Assembly (NCBI GenBank): GCA_016748015.1
Contig: JAAOMT010000648.1
Span: forward strand, 62,001 to 126,000
Direction of reading: 5' to 3'
Length of the DNA stretch: 64,000 bases
Origin: Geosiphon pyriformis uo1
Lineage: Eukaryota > Fungi > Glomeromycota
Part shown: positions 1 to 13,130 of the stretch, in pieces
How positions within the stretch are numbered: position 1 is the stretch's first letter
Layout: the number at the start of each line of letters is the position of its first letter
Program-made: the position numbers and the translations under genes
The notes under the pieces: generated by a model
The model's database searches: none
Told to the model about the DNA's origin: nothing
The model's input: only the letters and a program-made list of their open reading frames with translations

Positions 1-539
1 TAGTCTAAATATTAATATTTTTAATAAATATAATTTCTAAAATAATATATAAGACTATTTTAATAAGTTTAAATAAACAAAAAAAACAGTTAAATATATA
101 ATTTTAAAATATGTATATAAACTATTTTTTATAAAATTACAAATATTATTAAATCTTTATAGTATTATTTAAAAGTTTTTTATTAAACAATATATATACA
201 ATAAAAAAATATTATTATTAATTAAAATAATAAACTAATAAATAATAAAATAAAATAAAATTATATAATAATAAAATTAATAAAAAAAAAATTTAACTTT
301 AATAAGCAAATTGAATTAATAAAAATTTAATATTTAAGATTAGTTTTATAAATATTTTAATTATTATTTTTTTCAAAAAGTAACAAAAAAATATGGAAAA
401 AAAAAACTTTTTTCTCTTTTACCTCCAAAATTCTTCAAAAAGCACGTTTTCTGTTAAAGAAGTTTTCTAATTTTTTCTTACTAGTTTTTTCAACATTTCT
501 TTAAGTGATAATCCTTTCATTATAAATTTAAAGACTGCT

Positions 540-2455
540 TTGGCTAATAACCCTTTTGTGGTGGACCTGAAAGCTGCTTCAAATAGCAGTATGTCAATGA
601 AAAAGGCTCTTAAAGATGCTCTTTATGATCCTGTAGGTGGTACTTTTTCTCAGAAGAAAAAGGTCTCTGTTGGCAATATAAAACACTCTGGTGATGAAAG
701 GGAAATTTTTCTCACCAAACCTAGTGTCAATAATGGCATGTACTCGGATATAGACAGTAAGTTAGGTGATGATGAGCTCAATAGTGCTGCAATAAGTTCT
801 GGTGGTGGCTCTTTTCTCAATTCAGCTGCGACAACTCCTAAAGCTAAAAGAATCAGTAATAATTTAGTCAGTAGCTTCCCTATTGGTACTATTAGCTTTG
901 AAATGGATGAGAATATGGTTCATCTCCTCCTTCTTCTTAATATCTCTTTTGACAAGAGGTGGATTGATTCCAAAGTGGTGAAGACTCAGGTTGAGATGCC
1001 CATTAAAAAATCTTTTGCTTTGGATATCAATCTCTCAGCTGTGGAAAGTAAATCAGTGATGGCAAAAACTCAGTTTATTCGAAAATTTTTTTCAAATATC
1101 AATGGTTTTGGGGGGCCACCACCCTCTCAAAATTTGAAGGGATTATTCAATCTACTTTTACTTCTGAAGAAAGCATGAATAAGGCTGCTTCATTGACCAG
1201 AGAGAATAAGATTGTCATGAACACCAATTTCAAGAAATCAGGAGTATGCTTAGATTGGGCCATAGTAATCAAGAAAATTCTCATAAATACCCCAAAAAAA
1301 ATGATTGTTGCCGCAGTCACTAAATTTGGTAAAATTAAGTCAATCAGAATTCAATTGATTGGCATGTAGCAGAAGACTGTAGTAGAGTTTGCCAAATCAA
1401 GTCAAGTCGATCAGTTGGCCTCAAAGTGGTTATTCCTAATCAGAAAAGATTTGGTGCGTGTGGCCAAAGCTGTGGATGATCATGATATCTGGGCTTTTAA
1501 AGATCAGTTCAGAGTGCTTTTGTTTACTTTGCCAGTGGGAACAACTGCATATAATCTTGGTACTCTTTTGGATAGAACTGGTGGGAAAACTTGCATCATT
1601 AATCAATTATTGGTAACTGGCAATAGGGTTTATTGTGCTGTAGTAGGCTTTGAATCTGAAGTGGAGTTGGACTCTGCCTTTTGTACTGAGCCTATTTTTG
1701 GTGGTGTGTAACTATCATGGACTAGGTTGGATTTAATTTGGTATGGGAAATATGGGAGATTTGGTCATTCAGTCTTGGAATGTGATGCTTCTGATGTTTC
1801 TGTTCCTGTGCCTTCTGTTTCTTTTAAAAAAAATGCTCTTGGTATAGATCATCTTTAATTAGCCAAGTTGTATGTGAAGAAAAATGTTCCTATCTCTTGC
1901 CCTGCTGCTTTTGGTAGCAAATTGTAGGCTCAAGTAGTTTTTCTTGATTTCTCTTCTGGTAGCTCTTCTTCTAATTCTGGTCATGGTTTTGGCATCTCTT
2001 CATCTGGTGCTTTGGCTTCAGGTTTGGGTGGTGGTGCTCCCTCTTTTCCATTTGATGAGTCTCCCTTAGATGCTTGTTTGGCATCTTTGGAACACTCTCT
2101 TAAACTTTTGGCTAAGCAGATTTCTGGTATTTTTAGGAAATTGAGTTTTGTTGAATTGGTGCTCATGGTACCATTTTCTGGTGCTCCTTTCCTGATTGGC
2201 TCTGTGCCTGTGGCTCCTGTTTTGGATTTGGATATGGCCTTGGATGGTGTGTTGGCATTTTTTTCTCCCCCTCCCTCAAGTGTTGAATTGGATGCTAGTC
2301 TCGATTCAAGTAGTTCAAAAGTTCTGACCACCAAAGTGGACAGTTTGGAATCTAAAATATTAGCTCTAGAGGCTTCAGTTGGTTCTGTTCTGGTGAAATT
2401 AGATCTCTTGTGTTCTGGTTTGAATTCTCCCTCCCTCTTTTGTTCCAATAAGTAA
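540..2455 (+). pseudogene. LINE-1 ORF1 (gag-like nucleic-acid-binding protein), disrupted
   Basis: Fragments 540-1178, 1175-1369, 1415-1711 and 2012-2455 match ORF1 of the other copies (FALDI, NGFGG, IKIQLIG, LPVGT). Confidence 0.85.
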
Positions 2456-5400
2456 TCTGGTTTGGAAGTTTGCTATATGTAATGTTCGTGGTATCAATGT
2501 TCCTGTCAAGCAGAAAGATGTTGTGTGTTGGCATCATGATTCTGGCATTTTGGTCTTATTTATCATGGAAACAAAATTAAAGTCTTTTACTAGACTGTGG
2601 ATTGCGAATAAGTTTGATGGAGTGTGAATTTTTTCTTCAGGATTAGATAAAAGTTTCATTGGTGCTGGGGTGGCGATTATTATAAACAATTTTCTAGCTT
2701 ATCATGTTTCTAAGATGGAGAAGATCCCCAGTTAGGTTGTTTTTGTTTGGCTCTTGTTCAAAGGCAAGCTCTTGGTTATTCTTTTGGGATTGTATGCAAG
2801 TGCTTTTTCTGGGGCTAGATTTGATCAGGCTTCTGAAGTTAACTTTTTCATTGCAAAGGCTGTCAACTCCAGCACTTTTGTTGTCTTGGGTGGGGATTTT
2901 AATAAGAATAGATCTGGTCGGAGTGCAAGTTTCAAGTTCTGTCTGGGTTTGGGTTTGGTCAATTTGTTTGTTGATCATTATTTGGCTGGTTCTTATACAT
3001 GGAGCAACTCAAGAGGTGTTGTAAAGACAATTGATCACATTTTTGTTAGTAGTAGTTTGTCTTTTGCTGTTGCTGGTCATCAGGTTGTCCTTGTTTCAGA
3101 TTTTTTCAACACTGATCACAGAGCAGTTATGGTGTTAGTTGGTTTAAATGGGCTCTTAGATGTTCAATTGAATAGCTTGCACAAACAGGCAAATAGGGAT
3201 TGTTAGAAGTTCAAATTCAAAGATGCTGACAGTGCTAAATGGGCTAAGTTTAGGGATCTTTTTTTAATAAAACTCTTGTTATTGGGTGTTATGTTCTCTG
3301 GTGCTAAAGCACATGGTAATATGAATGCTATGTGGGCAATGTTGAAGGAGGCTATAATAGGGTCTGCTGATGAGACATTTTTAAGACATTGGTTCAGCGA
3401 ATTCAGGTGCTCGAAGAACAAACATTTTTCTAAGTTTTTTGGTTTGGAATTGTTGGTGGCCAAGATTGTCAAGAAATTTTGCTCTGGTGGCTTGTTCGAT
3501 ATCAACCTTCTTGTAAGTAAGTGGTTAACTCTAGATAATGCCAAAGCTTGCACTTTCAAAGACTTGGTTAGCTCAGGTGTCAAATCTGAGATTATTGTTA
3601 AGCATTTGTCTTTGGTCTGCAGAGATTACAGAAGAGTGAAGATGTTTGAGTTGAGATTCACTGAGGAAGTTTCTATCAAAAAGGCAATTGAGAGACACAT
3701 GAAGAATTTTTGTTCTGACAAAGATAGTATGATCAGAAGTGTGTTGGACAGATCTTTTTGCAAAGTGGTGCTGAATTATCTAGTGGTTGATGATAAATTG
3801 GTTTTGGAGCCTGAAGAGATAAAAGTGAGTGTGGACAAAATAATAGAAGAGTAGACAAGAAAACATTTGGTGCATTTGGCGGTCCCAGATCTTTGGGCTC
3901 AGCAGTATGAGTCTTTGAGCTATGTTCGAGATGATGCCTTTTCTAATGTTATGCATGAGATCAATATGGACGAGTTGCTTTCTGTTATTGATGTCTGCCT
4001 GATGGCAAAACCACTGGTTTGTCTGGTATTCCAAATGAATTGTGGAAGCATAGTGATAAAGTGGTTTTGGGGTGCTTGTTGGTGCTATTTAATGTGTGTT
4101 TGACTGCTAGTGTGGTGTCTGTTTTGTGGAAAAGGGCATGGGTTTCAATGATTTCTAAGCCTTATGACTGGGATGGAGTCCTTACAAACACTCAGCCTAT
4201 TGTTTTGATTGAAATTGCCAGAAAAATTCTTTTTAAGGTTCTGTCTGATCATATTTCAGTGGCTTGTAGTAAGTTCAACATCCTTTGGAATGACAACTTT
4301 TCGGTATTAAAGGGTACATCTACACAATTTCTGGTGTTTGCTGTTGGTTCAATAGTTGAAGATGCTCTTGAAAAGAATCGGGAGATATGGTTGGTTTTGC
4401 AGAATATGCAGAAGGCTTACAATTCAATTGGGTAACATCATTTAAGAACCAGCTTGTGACATATCAAGATGTGTGAGAGGTTCATAAGGTTTTTTGGTGG
4501 TATTCACGAGAACAGAATTAACAGAATAATGACTGATTTTGGTTTGTCTGGTGGTTACAAGGTACATGATAGGTTGGATCAGGGTGAGATCTTTTTACCT
4601 CTCCTGTGAAGAATCTTTTATGATCCACTTTTGTGCAAGGTCAAAAGACACAAACAATTGTGTGGATACCAAATTGATACTAAGTTTGTTTCAAAAACTG
4701 GCAGGATTGAGAATGGTGGTGGTTTAACTTCATACTTTTTGGCTGGCGCATTTGTTGATGATACAATCTGGGTTGAGAACTGTCAAGCTTTTACTCAATA
4801 TGCACTGAACATTGCCAGTAAGTTTTTTGTGATCAATAATATTTTTATCAACAGTGAGAAGACAGTAGTTATTCCCATAAATCAGGGTGTTAAGATTGCT
4901 TCACTGAGTATTTATGGTCAGCCAATTTCGATTACTAAGAAGGGCAAAGCTCATCATTATCTGGGTATTTTTTTGTTGACTAAGGGATTGTTCAAGCTGA
5001 GTGTTGCCAAAGCTCATGCTGATGTACATTTCTTTGTTAATGTTGTGCTTAAAAAAACTGTTACAGACAAACAATTCTCGTATTTGGTTTTAGCTGTCTT
5101 GCAGCTTATTGTCAGCTATTGTATTCAGTTCAGTTTTGTCCTTTCTAATGTTTGTTACAAGTGGGATGCTTTGGTTAGAAAAGGTCTCAGATCTAAAACT
5201 TGTTTTCTTTGTGATTTTTTTGATGTGGCTTTACATCATTCATTATTGTATGACCTGAAACCTTTTGAACAGATGCAGTCTGAAGAGAAGGTGGCTGCTC
5301 TAATAATGTTCTCCAATGCTTCTGGTATTCTTGGGCATTTGTTTAGTCATAGATTTTTGGATTTGCAGGTTCTTGGTTGGGCTTCTTTAGATCCTCTGCA

Positions 5401-7138
5401 ATTCCCTGTCAGATTGCATGTTAGTCTGGTGAACAATTTTTTGGCTGGGTTGGTAAAGATTTTTTTGGACAATGAGCTATTTTTGGTAAACAATCTCTCC
5501 ACTGTGTTTTGTAGTTCTGGTCACTTTTCTCTATCTTCTGTTCTTAGAGAGTCTCTGTATTTTGATTTGGTCTTTTCTCTTAAGCATTTTGGTGTCACTT
5601 TTTGTGATCAGCTTTTTAATAAAAAGGGTGGTTTGCTGGATTGGAAGACATTTTGCCATTAGAAAAGATTGGATCTGCATGGTCCTGTGTCTTGTTGGTT
5701 CACAGTTTCTTTTAAGTTTTTGAAGAGTCAGAGTTCTTCATTGTCTGATTTTGCTGGCTTTGCTGTGCTGCATGGGCTGAACATTCTGGGGTCTGAAGAG
5801 TTTTTTGCTGTAAGAGATGGATTGCATAATATGTGGTCAGGTTTTTTTGAGGTCTTTATGGATGGGTCTTTAAAGAATTTTGGTTCTGCTGAGGTTACTG
5901 GTGGTGCTGCTGCTTACTTTCTGGTCTTGGATCTAAGTGTTGGTGTTGCTATTCAGGATCTTTTGTCATCTACTATGGCTGAATTACAGGCTGTTGCTTT
6001 GTTTTTGGAGTGTGTTCTTTTTTTAAGTACTGTGGTGTTGTATCTTGACAGCCAGGCTGTCATTAATGCTTGTGTGTCTGAGATGTCTTTGGTCACCTCT
6101 GATTTCCGTAATCAATGCTGGCTAAAGAGATGTCATATTTTCAATTTGGTCAGAGATAAAGATCTTAGTGTGAGTTGGATTAAGGTGAAGGGCCATTCTG
6201 AGATTCCTGGGAATGTGAAGACTGACTTGGCTGTTGAGGCTGCCTCTGGATCTCCATTTTCTCTGTTGGCTGGTGTGTGTGAACATTTTCTGGTTGCTGA
6301 GAGTACTCCTGTCTCTGGTAATGTCCGTCATTTTGTCAGGAATATTTTTTGCTCTGTTTGTTGTGCTTGTTAGGAAGCTGGTCCTGGTTTTGATGTGGTT
6401 CCAAGTGTGATAATTGTTCGCATAAACTGGGTTGTTACAGCAATGGTGTTGCATCCTAATTCTCATATGCTTGCTGGTTTCACTAATCGTAAGTCCTTAA
6501 CACTTTACACTTATCTTATAAAGACTGTACACAGAAGGCTACTGGTTGTGGTCAGAAAGAGATTGTATGACAGACTTTATTCTGGTATGTTGTGTTTGTT
6601 GTGCAGTAATGTGGAGTTCTCCGACCATTCTTTTACTTGCATTCATGAGTTTGGCATTAGTGGTGAGATCTTGGCTAAGGCTTCTGCCCATTGGTCTGTT
6701 TTGGCTGACATTTTTGGCTCTTCTGTGTCTGTTGTGCTACAGGTCTTATCTCAATGTTCCACTGATGTTGGGCTTTATGCTTTGATTTGTAAAGAGTTTG
6801 TGCTGGATGAGTGATATGATAAGGCTTGTTGTGTTTTTGATGATAGGAAGATGGCTGTTGCTTGGTTGGCTGACTTTGTGAGGTTTGTCGTGGAACTGCA
6901 TCATGCTAAAGTGTAGTTAATAAGATCTAGTCACCAGATGAAGATGGAAAAGGCTGGTTTGGTTTATGATGGTGATATTATTTCTGGACTTTTTTGTGGG
7001 ATGTCTTCGGTTTTGTCTGATGGTGTTGTTAGATTGCTTGGTTTGGCTGAGGCCTTTGCTGTTAGCTTTGGTCATCAGAGGCCATGTAGTTTTTTTTCTG
7101 GTCTGAGTGGTGATGTGTTGGTTAATATAAGTGTGTAG
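2448..7138 (+). pseudogene. LINE-1 ORF2: AP endonuclease, reverse transcriptase, RNase H, C-terminal CCHC; many stops
   Basis: APE motifs GGDFN, TIDHI, TDH; RT GIPNE, QKAYN, AFVDD; RNase H MDGS, AELQA, DSQA, KVKGHS; CLLC-x7-H-x3-C. Confidence 0.95.
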
Positions 7139-8147
7139 TGTTGTTTTGTCTGGTCTGAGTGGCTAGCCACATGTAGGAAGTGTGTGAGTCATGTTTAGTT
7201 TGAGCCTCTTAGTTTGGTTCTATGTACTAAATAGTGATTGGACTTTACTCATTAAAAGCATAATAAAAAAAAAAAAAAAAAATGAAAATATAAAAATAGT
7301 CTATATTATTAACAAAAAATAACACACTGATATAATTTTATGCTTTATGTTAACATTCTTAAAATTTAATATTAAATATTAATTATACTTTTTAATAGTA
7401 TTTATTTAATAATCTTTAATACTAAAAATTATATATAAATATTAACAAGTAATTTTTTATTTACAAATATTTCAATATTTAAAAAAATTGAAAAAGAAAA
7501 ATAAGTAAATTAGAAAAAATTAAATATTTTAGAAATAATTTTATTACTTTAATTTATATATGTCTTATATATTGGAACATGTTTTTTTATAACTGAAAAA
7601 TATATTATATATATAGCTATTTAAAATAATTAATAACCAAATTAGTAACTAAGTTAATAATTAAATTATTAATTAAGTTAATGATTAGATTATTGATCAG
7701 ATTAATAATTAAGTTATAATAATTAATAAAAACTATAATTTTTAATTGCAATAATATTATAAAAAAACAAAATATTTAAAAAGATTATAAGTTAATTAAA
7801 AAAATGTTTTAAGAATAAAATTGCTATTTTTTGTAATTTTTTGATTAATTTGATTAGAAAACTGTATTTAAATTATTATTTTTCATTAAAAATACGATAT
7901 TTAAGCATATTAGACATAATTTTTTTGTTTTATATATATAATTTATAATTACTTAATAATTTAAAAATTATTTGTTATTTCTGAATATATTTTTTTCTAT
8001 AGATAAAAATATAATTGTAAATATAAAATCTTATTTAGTATCTAAAATTATAAATACAAAAATTATTAAAAAAAAATAATTAATAATATAATATAATTTT
8101 TAATAATTAAACTTAAATATGTTTATAAATTTTAAACTAAACTTGTT

Positions 8148-8280
8148 ATTTAAGTTCAAGTTAAGTTTAAGTTCAATAATTTAAAGTTTAGTTTAAGTTC
8201 AAATTCAAAATTTAACAAAATATTTGTTTAAATTTAGTTCAATTTAATAATTTAATTAAATTCAAATCAAACTAAACTAA
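8148..8280. repeat. Degenerate short-period (TTAAGT/TTCAAG) repeat block
   Basis: ttaagttcaagttaagtttaagttcaa-type iterations; origin unresolved. Confidence 0.45.
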
Positions 8281-8438
8281 ATATTAAAATTTTATTTACA
8301 GACTTTTTTTTTTATTGCAATTTAACGAGTGAAGCCCAACTGCTATTTAGTACAAAAAACTAAACTAAGTGGCTCAAACTAAATGTGACTTACACACCCT
8401 CTACATGTGGCTAGCCACTCAGACCAGTCAAAACAACA

Positions 8439-11400
8439 CTACATACCTATATGAACCCTAACATTATCACCCAGACCAAAAAAAAAACTGTACAACTTAT
8501 AATGGCCGAAGCTAACAGCAAATGACTCACTCAAACCAAGTAATCTGACCACTCCATCTGACAAAAAAAAAGACACAATGTGGAACAAACCAGAAACCAC
8601 ACTGTCATCATGAACCAAACCAGCCTTTTCTATGACAATCCTGTGCTTAGATCTTACCAACCAAGCCTTCACACGATGCAACTCCACAATGAAACTCACA
8701 AATCCAACTATCTGAACATCTGCTTTCTCCTTATTCTTAAAAGTTTTATAGGCCTTCTCACTTCATTCATCTAAGACAAACCTCTTACACACTGTAGTAT
8801 ATAAACCCACATCCGAGAAACATTGCAATAGCACCCACAAAACAGTGGAAGATAACAAAAGGTGAGCTCCAACCAGAGTAGACCAATGTGTAGATGCTTC
8901 CACCAGAATATTGTTATGAATACCAATGTCACCAGCACAGGTAAAAACATGATCCAAAAGTTCCATCTTCCTACACATCAAGCACAACATGCCAGGGTAT
9001 TTCTTATTATATAATCTCTTTCAAACAGCCACCAGCAACTGTCTATGTATTGCCTTCATAATATACGTGTGCAGATTGGAAGATTTAAGACTAGTAAAAC
9101 CAGCAAGCATATAGAAGTCAGAATGCCATACTTTTACAGTAGCAACCCAGTTCACACCCTTTATCAAATCCTCAGAAACCACATCAAAACTAGGACCAGC
9201 CTTCTAACAAGCATGATAAATGGATTGAAACATATCTCTGACAAAATAACAGGCATTATCTGATACAACAGTGTTCTTAGTAACCAAAAACTGTTCCCAC
9301 ACTCCAGCCAACAACCTAAAAGAAGACTGCACAGTCTCACCAGCCACCAAATCAGTTTCAACATTACCATGGATCCCAGAATGGCCCTTGACCTTCACCC
9401 AACTTATACTAAGATCTTTTTCCTTGACCAAATTAAAGATGTGATGCCTTTTAATCCAGCATTGGTTATGGAAATCAGGTGCAGCAGAAGATAGCTCAGA
9501 AACACAAACATTAATAGCAGCTTGGCTGTCAAGATGCAAAACCACAGTACTCAAAGATGGAACACACTCCAAGAACAATGCAACAGCTTGCAATTCAGTC
9601 ATAGTAGAAAACAACAAACCAATGACAAAAACACCAACACTATGATCCAATGCAAAAAAATTGACAGCAGCCCTACCAGCAACACCAGCAGAGCCAACGT
9701 CTTTCAAGGATCCATCTGTATACACTTCAAACAAACTAAACCATATTTCATGCAAATCATCTTTCACATCAGAAAACCCACTAGATCCCGTAATGTCCTC
9801 AAAGCCAGAATGAACAAACTCAGCAGAGCCCGACAAAGATGCACCTGGGTTCAGCAAATGATTAGAAGCAACCACAAACCAATAAGGGACAGGACCATGA
9901 GAATCCAGCCTCTTTTACCAACAAAAAGTTTTTCAATCCAACACGCCACCCTTCTTATCAAAAAGTCTATCTCTAAAAGCAACACCAAATCACTTTAAAA
10001 AATGCACAGAATTGAAATATAGAGACTTTCTGAGAATTGAGAACAAAGAAAGCCAACCAGAACCACAAAAGGCACTCAGAAGATTGTTTGCCAAAGAAAG
10101 CTCATTGTCCAACAAAATCTTAACCAAGCCAGCCAAGAAATTGTCCACTGGACTAACATGTAACTTGACTGGAAACTGCAAGGGATTCAAAGGAGCCCAA
10201 CCCAAAACCTGTAAATCCAAGAACCTATGATTGAACAAATGCCCAAAAATACCAGAAGTATTAGAGAAGGAAACCAAAGCTGCAACCTTTGCCTCAGACT
10301 GAATCTGTTCAAAAGTTTTCAAACCATACAAAGAGAGATGATGCAATGTTACATCAGGAAAATTCCAGGGCAGCCTAGTCTTTACCTTAAGACCCTCCCG
10401 AATCATAACATTCCACTTGTAACAAACACCTAACAAGACAAAACTGAACTGGATTCTGTAATTAACTATAGGCTGCAAGACAGCTGATACCAAATAAAAG
10501 AATTGTTTGTCTGTGATAGTTTTCCTAAGCACAACATTAATAAAAAATCAAACATCAGAATGAGCCTTGACAACACTCGGCTTAGACAGACCCTCAGTGT
10601 ACAAAAAAATACCTAGTTAACAATGAACTTCATCTTTTCTGGCAATAGAGATAGGCTGACCACAAATGGACAAAGAAGCAACTTTGACACTCTAATTAAT
10701 TGGAATAGCCACTGTCTTATCACTGTTGATAGAAATGTCATTAATCTCAAAAAATTCACTGGCAATGTTCAGAGCAAACTGAGTAGAGGTCTGGCAATTC
10801 CCAATCTAAATAGTATCATCAACAAATGCCCCTGCAGCAAAATAGAAAGTTAGACCACCACAACTTTTGATCCTGTCAGTTTTCAAAACAAACTTAGTGT
10901 CAATATAGTAATCACACAAATGCTCATGTCGCTTGACCTCGCACAGGAGCGGATTATAGAAGATTCTTCAGAGAAGAGGTGAAAAAACCTCACTCTGATC
11001 CAGTCTATCATGCACTTTGTAGTCTTTAGTCAAGCCAAAATCAGTCATCACACAATTAACTCTATTCTCATGTATACCACCAAAAAATCGGATGAATCTA
11101 TCACACATTTTGATTCATCGCAGACTAGCCATTAAGTGAAACCACTCAACAGAATCATAAGCCTTTCTCATATTCTGTAGAACCAGTCATATTTCTTTAT
11201 TCTTTTCAATTGCATCTTCAACCACCAACCCAATGGCAAATATTGGAGACTGTGTGGAAGTGCCCTTTAGAACCAAAAAGTTGTTTCCATAGAGAATTCC
11301 AAACTTGCTACATGCCAGCAAAATACAATCAGACAAGATCTTAGAAAAAATCTTCCAGGCAGTCTCAATTAAGACTATGGGTCAAGTATTTGTAAGGACC

Positions 11401-13130
11401 CCATTCCAGTTATACAGTTTTGGAATCATTGAAATCTACACTCTTCTCCATAAAGTAGGCACCCCACCAACAACTAAGCATGTGTTCAACAGCTTCAAAA
11501 GGCAGCCCAACACCTTATCACCACTATGTTTTCATAATTCATTCGGGATGCCAGACAAACTGGCAGCTTTGCCATCAGGCAAGCCTTTAACAACTGAAAG
11601 CAGCTCATTCAAGCCAATTTCGCACATCACTTCAGCAAAGACATCATTTTGCACATAGTCCAAAAGTGCATATTGGCGAGCCCAGAGATCAGGCAACACC
11701 ATAGGCACTGCTCGCTTCTTTGTCCAACCCTCCATGATATTATCAACACTGACTTTTACCTTCTTTGGCTCCAAAACTAAACTATTATCTACAACTAAAT
11801 GATCCAAAACCACCTTACAAAAAGAACAGTCCAAAACACTTCTGATCATGCCACCTTTATCTGAACAAAACTTGTCCATACATTTCACAATAGCTTCTCT
11901 GACAGAAGCTTCTTTACCTAACCATAACTTATACATCTTAGATTTCTGATATCCTTTTCTGACCAGAGACAAATGTTTAAGAATAATGAAAAGTTTTTTG
12001 TCATCCTGAATTAGGGCCAAAACAACGAAAGCCTTGTCAACATCCAAAATAGACCACTTCTTTAAGAGACAGCCAAGACCAGAAATATCACCTGAGCTCA
12101 ACAACCTAACAATCTTTGCAACCAACATTTCCAGCCCAAAAAACTTAGAAGATTGCTTATTTCTGGAACACTGAAATTCACTGAACCAATGTCTAAAAAA
12201 CACTTTGTTAGCTGATCCTACCATCACTCTCTCCAACAATAACCACATCTGGTCCAAGTCCAAAAAAATACTAGCATTCCGAAATTCTTTTTCAACCTCT
12301 AGAATTCTATTAGAGAAGTGTTTTCTAAAATAAGACCACTTTGCATTGTCAACATCTTTAATTCTGAACTTCCAACAATCCCTATTGGCCTGCTTGCATA
12401 AACTATTCAAACAAACATCTAAAAGTTCACCTAAACCAATGGACACAGTAATAGTCTTGTAATCAGTATCAAAAAAGTCAGAAACAGAACTAATTCCTTG
12501 ACCTGTAACAGCAGAAGACAAGCTTTCACTAATAAAAATGTAATCAATAGTCTTTTTAACTCCCCTTGAATTGCTCCAAATAGGAGCTTTAACCAAAGAA
12601 TGACCAGCAAATGAGTTGACCAGACCCAAATTCAGACAGAACTTGAAACTTGCATTCTTCTCAGACCCATTTTCATTGAAGTCACCACTTAAGACAACAA
12701 AAGTGCTAGAGTTGACAGCCTTAGCAATCAATGAGTTCACCTCCAGAGCCTGACCAAACTTAGCATCAGCAGAAGCACTGGCGTACAACTCCAGGAATGT
12801 AACTGAAAGCTTGTCTTTGAACAAAAGACGCACTGAGACCACCCGACCAAGAACTTCTTCAATCTTAGATACATAATGGGCCAAACAAACATTCATGATC
12901 ACTGCTACTCCAGCACCAAGAAAACCCTTGTCCAAGCCAGATGTAAAGACTCACACATCTTCAAATTTATTAGCAATCCATGGTTTGACACTGGACCGCA
13001 GTTTCGTTTCTGTAACAATTGAGACCAGATTGTCTAATTCCCTATGCCACTGAACAACATCTTCCTGCTTGGCAGGGACATTGACACCTCAAACATTGTA
13101 TGTAGCAATTTTCCAAACTAGATCTGTCAT
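8439..13130 (-). pseudogene. LINE-2 ORF2 (APE-RT-RNase H-CCHC), disrupted
   Basis: 467-aa fragment with SGDFN, TIDYI and GIPNEL; RNase H YTDGS...TELQA...DSQAA...KVKGHSG; CLMC-x7-H-x3-C; ATG at 13130 overlaps the ORF1 stop. Confidence 0.95.

Larger units (their letters stand above)
401..7282 (+). mobile_element. LINE-1: full-length non-LTR retrotransposon (APE-RT-RNase H), degenerate
   Basis: 5' motif AAAACTTYTTTCTC shared by all five copies; ORF1 and ORF2 remnants; conserved 3' UTR; poly(A) 7265-7282. Confidence 0.95.
213..7753. mobile_element. Heavily eroded solo LTR of family C (213-~400 and ~7283-7753), split by LINE-1
   Basis: Both flanks of LINE-1 align to the C LTR at 63044-63742 after G>A/C>T conversion: tattattaattaaaataataaactaata vs tgttacaggttggagtaacaagctaata; aatttaacttt; atagtctatattattaacaaa vs atagtctgtactgtcaacaaa; 12-bp repeat block; end aactataatttttaattgcaata vs aactatgagtttcaaccataaca. 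Flanked by ATAT (209-212) and ATAT (7754-7757). Confidence 0.75.

Noticed and set aside
385-400. AAAATA(C)TGGAAAA upstream of both LINE-1 and LINE-3 as a specific target site
   Set aside because: At LINE-1 it is explained by the host C-family LTR, and it is absent at LINE-2, -4 and -5.
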